The position numbers and the translations under genes are program-made. Source: an uncultured Dehalococcoidia bacterium (lineage in GTDB: Bacteria > Chloroflexota > Dehalococcoidia > SZUA-161 > SpSt-899). Taken from it: a DNA stretch of 53,397 nucleotides. The notes beneath the pieces were generated by a model. That model worked only from the letters and a program-made list of their open reading frames with translations. It searched no databases and had not been told where the DNA came from. This document shows, in pieces, positions 47,219 through 53,397 of this stretch (its first letter is position 1; every line of letters starts with the position of its first letter). Where the stretch lies: positions 21,523 through 74,919 of the forward strand of contig CAZJQZ010000001.1 in the NCBI GenBank assembly GCA_964548045.1, read 5' to 3'.

Positions 47219-48715
47219 ATGGCAAAGAAAACCGTGTTTATAACCGGAACCACAGGTTCAATGGGCAATGCCGGATTTCAGGAACTGCTCAATAGAAGAG
47301 ACCGATTCGATATCGTAACCCTGGCCAGGCCCTCGCAGAAAAACAAAAAAATTATGGCCAGATATCTCAATGAACCGGGAGTAAAAATCGTCTGGGGAGA
47401 CCTGACCAATTATGACGATGTTCTCCAATGCGTGACCGGGGCCGATTACGTGCTGCATCCAGCAGCATTCATCGCTCCCGCAGCAGATCACGACCCTGAT
47501 ACAGCGTGGAAGATCAATGCAGGTTCCGCCGAAAACATAGTCAAGGCTATCAAGTCACAACCCGATCCCGATAGCATCAAGCTGGTCAATATTGGTTCGG
47601 TTGCAATGACCGGAGACAGGCTTCCACCCATCCACATGGGAAGAACCGGCGATCCTCTTAAACCCAGTATATATGATGCTTATGCAACATCGAAAATAGC
47701 AGCGGAAAAAACCGTGGTTGAATCCGGACTTAAATACTGGGTTTCCTGCCGACAGACTTACATCGCTATTCCAGATACGATGTCATTGATGGATCCCATC
47801 ATGTTCCATCAGCCCATTAACACACACATCGAATTTTGCACCCCATTTGATGCCGGACGGCTTCTCGCCAACGCCTGTGAAGATGACGTCCCCGAAGAAT
47901 TCTGGCGCGGAATCTATAACATAGGTGGTGGACCGGAATGCCGGGTAGTATTCATCGACTACATGGGCGAAGTCTTTAAAAGGCTGGGAATCGGAGATTA
48001 TACCAAACTAATGGACCGCAACTGGTTCGCCTTGAGGAATTTCCACTGCCAGTGGTTTGAAGATTCCCACGTTCTTGACGATTTTCTTCACTACCGTCAG
48101 GATACTCTGCAAAGCCATATCCAGCAAGTAATTGACAATGCTTCATGGCAAGTAAAACTGGCAGGTATGCCCATAATTAAAAACTTGATTCCAAAATCGC
48201 TGGTTAAAAAATTCGTGATGAAACCCATGACCACAAGCAAAGACGGCACCATTAACTGGATTAATAACAACATTGAAGGCAGGATCACTTCATTTTTTAA
48301 GTCAAAAGATGAATGGGCCAAAATCCTGGATTGGGAACCGCATAAACCGTTGAGATGCGAGGAATACACCCGACTGGACCACGGTTACGATGAGAATAAA
48401 CCGAAAACGGAACTTGACATCGAGGATATGAAAGGCGCAGCCAAATTCCGTGGCGGTGAATTTCTTTCTGAAAACATGACAAAAGGCGACCTGACCACCA
48501 AACTTCAATGGCGCTGCGCTTTCGGTCACGAATTTGAAGCCAGCCCAACGTTGGTGCTAATGGCAGGACACTGGTGCCCCGAATGCACACCTCCTCCCTG
48601 GAATTTTGACGAAATAGCCAAGGTAAATCCTTTCTTTGCCCAGGTATGGTATCCAAATCATGAAAAAACCGAATGTTGCTTCTACGATGAACGCTGTTTC
48701 GAAGATATTCTGTAA
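47219..48715 (+). CDS. NAD(P)-dependent epimerase/dehydratase-family (extended SDR) protein with C-terminal Zn-ribbon-like extension
   Basis: Rossmann VFITGTTGSMGNAG. YATSK catalytic-like Y..xK. C-terminal KLQWRCAFGHEFEASPTLVLMAGHWCPEC. Confidence 0.72.
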   Translation: MAKKTVFITGTTGSMGNAGFQELLNRRDRFDIVTLARPSQKNKKIMARYLNEPGVKIVWGDLTNYDDVLQCVTGADYVLHPAAFIAPAADHDPDTAWKINAGSAENIVKAIKSQPDPDSIKLVNIGSVAMTGDRLPPIHMGRTGDPLKPSIYDAYATSKIAAEKTVVESGLKYWVSCRQTYIAIPDTMSLMDPIMFHQPINTHIEFCTPFDAGRLLANACEDDVPEEFWRGIYNIGGGPECRVVFIDYMGEVFKRLGIGDYTKLMDRNWFALRNFHCQWFEDSHVLDDFLHYRQDTLQSHIQQVIDNASWQVKLAGMPIIKNLIPKSLVKKFVMKPMTTSKDGTINWINNNIEGRITSFFKSKDEWAKILDWEPHKPLRCEEYTRLDHGYDENKPKTELDIEDMKGAAKFRGGEFLSENMTKGDLTTKLQWRCAFGHEFEASPTLVLMAGHWCPECTPPPWNFDEIAKVNPFFAQVWYPNHEKTECCFYDERCFEDIL

Positions 48716-48756
48716 GCATTGATCCCGCACTCCAAATTTGAGAATGAGGTAAAAAG

Positions 48757-50307
48757 ATGAAATCAGCGATATGGATTATGATAATACTCCTTCTGGCATC
48801 AACCCTGCTGGTTGCCTGCAGTGATAATGAAGGAGAAACTCCTTCCCCGACATCTGCTATTACACCAGCACCTACTGCCAGTATCGAACCAACGGAAGAA
48901 CCGCAGATTGGTATACCTCATCTCCCGGTACCGCAGCATCCGTTCCTGGCGCCCAACGGCAAATCCAGTATGCATAACGATGCCTACATGACGGATACTT
49001 ATGAGATCAGCGGACCCCTTAATATCAATCCCGAAACCATCTATCAAAGCTATGCTGAAGGCCCCAACACCTGTGCTACTATCAGCTTTGATTCACAGAA
49101 TCGCATATTGGCTACCGCCGCAGCTATGCTGGGCTATACCATCGTAATGATAGACCCTGATACCCTGGATATAATGGCATCTTATCCCCTTCCTCCTCGC
49201 GACCATAGAGACCCGCTGTTTCCCTATGGGGACACGTCCGGTGCAACATATTTTGTCCTTGACTCTCAGGACCACCTTTTATTCACCGATGCTGAAAACG
49301 CCATCCAGATAGTCAAATACAGCGATGAAAAAGGTGAATTCGAGCAATTACAGAGATATGATCTTTCGGAGTATGTGGTACCAATGGAATCGCCCGCCAG
49401 CGACCACGTTCAGATGACCATCCCCGATTGGGGAAATGAGTACCTGTGGTTTTCTACCCGTTACGGAATTGTGGGCACTGTTGATCGCGATACCAGCGAA
49501 GTTAAAACCATCGAACTGAAAGGCGAAGAACTGGAAAATTCTTTCGCTGTTGGCGAGGATGGAGTTTACATGATTTCGGATTATGCCATGTACCGCTTCA
49601 GCGCTGATGAAAGCGGAGTTCCGGTGATAGACTGGCGCACAGAATATGATCGCGGGACCAGGATAAAACCAAGTAACTTCAACCAGGGTTCAGGAACAAC
49701 ACCACAACTGTTTGGCGAAATGGTGGCCATCGGTGATAACGCCGAACCGCAAATGCACGTTTTATTCCTCAAACGTTCCGATGGCAGCGAAGTGTGCCGG
49801 ATTGCGGTATTCGATGAAGGGACAAGCACTACTGAAAATGCCCTTCCCGGCTTAGTACGTGAGGGACCGAACGGCCTCGAATATTCAGTGATAGTGGATA
49901 ACAACTACGGCATTCTGAGAGATAACATAATGCTTCCTGATGGATCATGGAAAAACCATGAGGGTGGACTTTGCCGGATTGATCTCATCCCGGATGGCAA
50001 TGGCGGATACACTTGCGAGCAAGTCTGGAGGAACTCGGTGGAATCTTCCAATGTATTGCCCAAACTTTCGCTGGTCGATGGTTTGCTCTATGTATACACT
50101 TATGAAAAGGTCCCGGATAACGAGTACGATTACGACTGGTTCCTGACTGCTGTGGATTTTGAAACTGGTGACGTATCATTCAATATCTATACAGGAAGGG
50201 GAATGAAATATGCCAATTTCGGTCAGCCGATGTCTCTGGGCCCTGACGGCGAAGCATATCTGGGGACCATGCTTGGCCTGATATGCGTGAGAGATGGGAT
50301 TCAATAG
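48757..50307 (+). CDS. hypothetical secreted lipoprotein
   Basis: Signal/lipobox LLLASTLLVAC, a Pro/Thr-rich linker, then a roughly 450-aa domain I do not recognise. SD GAGG precedes the ATG. Confidence 0.6.
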   Translation: MKSAIWIMIILLLASTLLVACSDNEGETPSPTSAITPAPTASIEPTEEPQIGIPHLPVPQHPFLAPNGKSSMHNDAYMTDTYEISGPLNINPETIYQSYAEGPNTCATISFDSQNRILATAAAMLGYTIVMIDPDTLDIMASYPLPPRDHRDPLFPYGDTSGATYFVLDSQDHLLFTDAENAIQIVKYSDEKGEFEQLQRYDLSEYVVPMESPASDHVQMTIPDWGNEYLWFSTRYGIVGTVDRDTSEVKTIELKGEELENSFAVGEDGVYMISDYAMYRFSADESGVPVIDWRTEYDRGTRIKPSNFNQGSGTTPQLFGEMVAIGDNAEPQMHVLFLKRSDGSEVCRIAVFDEGTSTTENALPGLVREGPNGLEYSVIVDNNYGILRDNIMLPDGSWKNHEGGLCRIDLIPDGNGGYTCEQVWRNSVESSNVLPKLSLVDGLLYVYTYEKVPDNEYDYDWFLTAVDFETGDVSFNIYTGRGMKYANFGQPMSLGPDGEAYLGTMLGLICVRDGIQ

Positions 50308-50423
50308 AAATAGCATGACCTCCGGGCAATTGATGGTTTGTTGGTTGCTGGTTAAATAGTCTTGGGCAAGTTACACAAATGATAGATAAAAGAAACCAAA
50401 GTGCAGATTTAGCGCACTCACCC

Positions 50424-50648
50424 CTATTTGAGTGATTTGACCTTCTTGCTGAGTTCCTGGGCTTTCCCATCATCCATCAATAACTTACCCGATGAATAGC
50501 AATACTTTGCCAGTTCATCTAAGAAACTGGCATCCAGAGCCGATATTTCAATGTTCAAGTGCCTGGTAAGTTGTCTATCTATAAACTTTTGGGCGGCGGG
50601 ACCCATGTATTGCTTGGTAACATCAACAACGTCATCATAAAGCGCCAT
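50424..50648 (-). CDS. 74-aa hypothetical protein, paralog C
   Basis: MALYDDVVDVTKQYMGPAAQKFIDRQ...ELAKYCYSSGKLLMDDGKAQELSKKVKSLK. Aligns without gaps with 51810..52034 at about 40/74 identities (hand count). AGAGG precedes the ATG. Confidence 0.6.
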   Translation of the reverse strand: MALYDDVVDVTKQYMGPAAQKFIDRQLTRHLNIEISALDASFLDELAKYCYSSGKLLMDDGKAQELSKKVKSLK

Positions 50649-50674
50649 AATATACCTCTTCTTTTTAACTTCAG

Positions 50675-50703
50675 TATATATATTTTCCTCGAATGACGCT
50701 CAA
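50675..50703 (-). promoter_or_regulatory. putative promoter of 74-aa paralog C
   Basis: Minus strand TTGAGC (50703-50698), 17 nt, TATATA (50680-50675). Confidence 0.4.
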
Positions 50704-50892
50704 AGAGCTACTACACTAACCTTACAATTCTCTGGGGGTAAACCACCAAATTTAATGAGGAAATTAAGAAAACGCTGTTTATGAAGGAACTGCTGAATAA
50801 GGAAAGACCACACCCGCCAAAATGAAATGGCAATGGGTTTGTGCCCACCGGAATTTTAATGAAGGTAGGATTAATCAGAAATCCCTGAAGAA

Positions 50893-50931
50893 CACAAAAA
50901 GGCAGGGCCTCCTTTAGGAGCCACCTGCCTT
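50893..50931 (-). terminator. intrinsic terminator after the HTH gene
   Basis: Minus-strand AAGGCAGGUGGCUCC-UAAA-GGAGGCCCUGCCUU followed by UUUUGUGUU. Confidence 0.6.
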
Positions 50932-50961
50932 TCCTTAGTCCCGGGGGAAACTTTCCAATAC

Positions 50962-51168
50962 TTATTTTCGCCTGACTTTTGTTGCCTCAGCTTTGATCGC
51001 TTTGACCTCTTTCTCAGTAAACAGACGCCACCCATTTCTATCTTTCAGCTCGACATCGCCGACGATCCCTTCCCGAATCCAGCGGAAAAGAGTCCCCCTG
51101 CTGATGCCCGCCATCTCGCATGCCTCGGAGGTTAGATAGTAATTCTTCCCATTTATATCTTTGGGCAT
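50962..51168 (-). CDS. excisionase/MerR-type helix-turn-helix DNA-binding protein
   Basis: 68 aa. YLTSEACEMAGISRGTLFRWIREG is the HTH_17/excisionase-family pattern. ATG follows GGAGG. Confidence 0.78.
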   Translation of the reverse strand: MPKDINGKNYYLTSEACEMAGISRGTLFRWIREGIVGDVELKDRNGWRLFTEKEVKAIKAEATKVRRK

Positions 51169-51281
51169 TTTATCCTCCTTTTTCTTTACTTATCCAAGGT
51201 CTTTTACCTTTTAACTAAACTCTTTGATTCTATCATATCCTACTAATATTTTACCAGATATGAAACAGAATTTGGCAAGTT
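51143..51281. repeat. direct repeat, left copy (620-bp period)
   Basis: Aligns without gaps to 51763..51901, about 108/140 identical by hand count. Covers the 3' end of a 74-aa gene copy, the spacer and the first codons of the HTH gene. Confidence 0.75.
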
Positions 51282-51300
51282 TTTGTTCAGATGCACAAAA
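51190..51300 (-). pseudogene. decayed copy of the 74-aa gene
   Basis: The minus strand reads ...SEQKLAKFCFISGKILVGYDRIKEFS*KVKDLG*, compared with ...EELAKWCFISGKMLIGDDKAKEFSEKVKALG*. Premature TAA at 51211-51213. No start codon, and the N-terminal half is missing. Confidence 0.55.
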
Positions 51301-51471
51301 ATATCCTGCTCAGCCCGTACCAGCACATAATATTTTAACCTATATGAGCAAAAGATGATACAGGACAAACCCTCAAGTTTTGTGATGGTGAAACCGCAAA
51401 GAGTTGGAATTGATCATTAGTTTACTAAACAAATATCTTCGTGACGTTATTGGTATTAAAGGACAATAATT

Positions 51472-51780
51472 TCAGGCACGCAACTCCAGGATATCTCCCT
51501 CCCGGAAGATATGATCTTTCTTGATTTACTGCCCGGGGAACTTGCCGGAACCCCAAATAAGAGCATATTTGAGATTCCGGCGGAAGTCCTTATAAACGGC
51601 CTCGGCAGGCTCCTTAAGTGTGCTGCCTTCTTTAATGACCATCGGATCGGGCATGTACGCCTCGATACCCGGCGACTTTGTATACACTCGAATTATTTCC
51701 AGCACATCGAAGGATGCCTTGCTCAGGTCATCCAGTCCGGTTTCTTCTGAAGTCAGATGTGGTTCTTCCCATTTATATCT
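51472..51780 (-). pseudogene. C-terminal (TGS-domain) fragment of a DRG/Rbg-type GTPase
   Basis: The minus strand reads ...TGLDDLSKASFDVLEIIRVYTKSPGIEAYMPDPMVIKEGSTLKEPAEAVYKDFRRNLKYALIWGSGKFPGQ*IKKDHIFREGDILELRA*. This is the IRVYTK...FKYA.VWG...DGDI pattern of the COG1163 C-terminus. In-frame TAA at 51526-51528. No G-domain and no start codon. Confidence 0.55.
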
Positions 51781-51901
51781 TCAGGTGCTCTACCCTTCTT
51801 GTTCGCCTCTTACCCAAGGGCTTTTACCTTCTCACTAAACTCTTTAGCTTTATCATCGCCTATTAACATTTTACCGGATATAAAGCACCATTTGGCAAGT
51901 T
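51763..51901. repeat. direct repeat, right copy (620-bp period)
   Basis: Partner of 51143..51281. Here the HTH gene start is degraded to PEDINGKNHI* (51753-51785) with no ATG. Confidence 0.75.
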
Positions 51902-52034
51902 CTTCCATATTTTTGTTACTGATTGCCGATGGGCTCAAACCCAAATGGCTGGAAATCTGCCGATCTGTAAATTTCTGCCCGGCTGGACCAATATAATCTT
52001 TGGCAATTTTTACTACATCATCATATAATGGCAT
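51810..52034 (-). CDS. 74-aa hypothetical protein, paralog A
   Basis: MPLYDDVVKIAKDYIGPAGQKFTDRQISSHLGLSPSAISNKNMEELAKWCFISGKMLIGDDKAKEFSEKVKALG. Lies 46 nt downstream of the HAMP sensor gene. Confidence 0.62.
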   Translation of the reverse strand: MPLYDDVVKIAKDYIGPAGQKFTDRQISSHLGLSPSAISNKNMEELAKWCFISGKMLIGDDKAKEFSEKVKALG

Positions 52035-52080
52035 GACTTTACCCCAGTATTATGAATAATCCATACCCTGCTGTACTATT

Positions 52081-53385
52081 TTAATCCAGAGCAGCTTTTA
52101 CCTCTTCACTGAATTCAGCCTCCGGTTCTTCATCGTCATCTTCAAGCATGAATTTCATGGAAGCCACCATACGGGCAAAGCTATCGGCCAGGTCACCAAT
52201 CTCATCTTTGCTGCCGGTTATATCGATCTTCACGCTCATATCGCCCTTGCTGACCTTATCCGCCGCGTTCGTCAACTTTTTAATTGGGCTGACGACACTT
52301 CTGCCAAAGAACAGTGAAACGACAGCCACCACCGCCACCATGATGCCCACCACAATCCACGTCATCTGCTGGGTGCTATCTTTTGCATCCGAAATATCGG
52401 CCGCCACCGTATCTCTGTTCTGTACCAGTTGCTGTTCAATCGCTTCTACAGGGGCATTGAATGCTTCCATATATGCCGCAACCGAAACCATGAAAGTAGT
52501 CCCATCCGCCGTCTGGACATAATTCCCGTTGGCATCCTTTACCGGATAGAATACGGAGAACCTGTCTTTCGGCTCGGCGCCTTCTGATTCAGCAAAGGCA
52601 AAAACACCAGAAGAAACATCGGCATTTTGGATACTTCTATCCATGATCGTGTATATATCGGGGAACATCTGCCGCCCCACGTTATCCGGTAGGTTCACAA
52701 CGATCGGACTGGGGTGGAACTTTGGAACGCCGGTGGCGCCATCACAGAGGACAGTATAACCACCTTCATCACCGCCAACGGGCTGGATGGCAATCCCCCA
52801 GAAATAGGGATCTCCGGAATCCCAGTCGAAGGTGGTTCCGGGAGGTCCGGCCGGTTGTGCGGTAACCGTACTGGCCGTATTGGCCGTGATGAATCCCGCG
52901 GTGCCATCAGAAGCATTGAGCAGGAATTTCCCGGTCAGGTCGATCGTGTTTCCTCCCTCATCCACGAACCGGTCCCACTGACCGCCCTCGGCAATCGCCA
53001 GCGAACCGGCCAGGCTGAGCACTTCCGAATCACTCGCTCCATAATGGATACCGGCATACAAGGGGACCTGGTCATCGGGTGTTTCAAAGATCAAGTAGGT
53101 ATCACCCTGCAGTTCAGCCATGGTCTTATCCGGATTCTGGGTCAGGTATATTTCCATCTGCCGGGCAACATCCTGAGCCTGCTGGGTGACCATCTGTACG
53201 CCCAAGTCATTGAGCGCCTGAGAACTATCCTCCACCGCCGTTGTCGTCATTGCATCGACTTCTTCAATCGAGGTATCTTCCATATCCGAGATGTTTGAAA
53301 GGGAAAGGAATCCCAGAATCGCCAGAGGGACAATTGCCAGGATCATTACTACGATTAAAAGTTTGGTTAAAATTGAAATTTTCAT
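52081..53385 (-). CDS. membrane sensor: TM, ~300-aa extracytoplasmic (Cache-like?) domain, TM, HAMP, no output domain
   Basis: N-terminal TM LLIVVMILAIVPLAILGFL. Second TM WIVVGIMVAVVAVVSLFFG. HAMP PIKKLTNAADKVSKGDMSVKI...KDEIGDLADSFARMVASM. The protein ends 20 aa later in an acidic tail. ATG follows GGAGGC. Confidence 0.78.
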   Translation of the reverse strand: MKISILTKLLIVVMILAIVPLAILGFLSLSNISDMEDTSIEEVDAMTTTAVEDSSQALNDLGVQMVTQQAQDVARQMEIYLTQNPDKTMAELQGDTYLIFETPDDQVPLYAGIHYGASDSEVLSLAGSLAIAEGGQWDRFVDEGGNTIDLTGKFLLNASDGTAGFITANTASTVTAQPAGPPGTTFDWDSGDPYFWGIAIQPVGGDEGGYTVLCDGATGVPKFHPSPIVVNLPDNVGRQMFPDIYTIMDRSIQNADVSSGVFAFAESEGAEPKDRFSVFYPVKDANGNYVQTADGTTFMVSVAAYMEAFNAPVEAIEQQLVQNRDTVAADISDAKDSTQQMTWIVVGIMVAVVAVVSLFFGRSVVSPIKKLTNAADKVSKGDMSVKIDITGSKDEIGDLADSFARMVASMKFMLEDDDEEPEAEFSEEVKAALD

Positions 53386-53397
53386 TTTGCCTCCTTT

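Noticed and set aside
51810-52034. HTH-like stretch QISSHLGLSPSAIS in 74-aa paralog A
   Set aside because: The corresponding stretch in paralog C (QLTRHLNIEISALD) does not keep the pattern, so I do not call a DNA-binding domain.
1-53397. Search for CRISPR arrays, rRNA genes, intact IS elements, integrases, prophage genes, reverse transcriptases
   Set aside because: I saw no regularly spaced direct repeats and no such genes on either strand. The only mobile-element trace is the transposase fragment at 27265..27605.

Overview
All homology calls come from reading the translations and recalling known families; no searches were run. The window is a bacterial chromosomal segment. The EF-Tu Cys-rich insert and the gene content suggest a Chloroflexota/Dehalococcoidia-like anaerobe, but that is an inference.

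Positions 1-20.8 kb form one continuous minus-strand block of core genes. In transcription order: rpoB-rpoC, terminator, mutS, a methanogen-type homocysteine/sulfur module (COG1900, Nfu, NIL-ferredoxin, COG2122/UPF0280), a promoter, a GuaB3-type IMPDH paralog, then the radical SAM / MEMO1 / AMMECR1 triad (the 'AmmeMemoRadiSam' system) and a terminator. After that come a promoter, tRNA-Thr(UGU), tRNA-Tyr, tRNA-Thr(GGU), tuf, rpmG (missing from the ORF track), secE, nusG, rplK and rplA.

Positions 21-53 kb are mixed:
- dodecin, a NYN-LOTUS protein, a Zn-ribbon protein and an RRM protein
- a methyltransferase followed by a WtpB-WtpC-WtpA tungstate/molybdate transporter
- a small AT-rich islet with an IS transposase remnant and three unrecognised genes
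- a YfbK-like VWA lipoprotein, trmH-like, lspA, and speH plus an ODC-like decarboxylase
- a second Zn-ribbon paralog, DUF503 and a DEAH/DUF1998 helicase
- a PKD surface protein and a 1377-aa fused double activase / dehydratase-like protein
- a 640-bp non-coding gap, a five-PAS orphan histidine kinase, an SDR and a lipoprotein
- a recombination-scarred corner with paralogous 74-aa genes, an excisionase-type HTH gene, gene fragments and an output-less HAMP sensor

I found no rRNA, no CRISPR array and no intact mobile element.

Best candidates for something new:
1. The 74-aa paralog / HTH / HAMP-sensor cluster, where the sensor tail is homologous to the small proteins.
2. The GuaB3-headed AmmeMemoRadiSam operon, which sits next to the sulfide-dependent homocysteine genes.
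3. A promoter-to-terminator structured-RNA candidate at about 43.8-44.05 kb.
4. A 12-bp perfect inverted repeat that buries the start codon of the first Zn-ribbon gene.
5. The IS-flanked AT-rich islet, which holds a membrane-anchored protein with an Rx4H motif.
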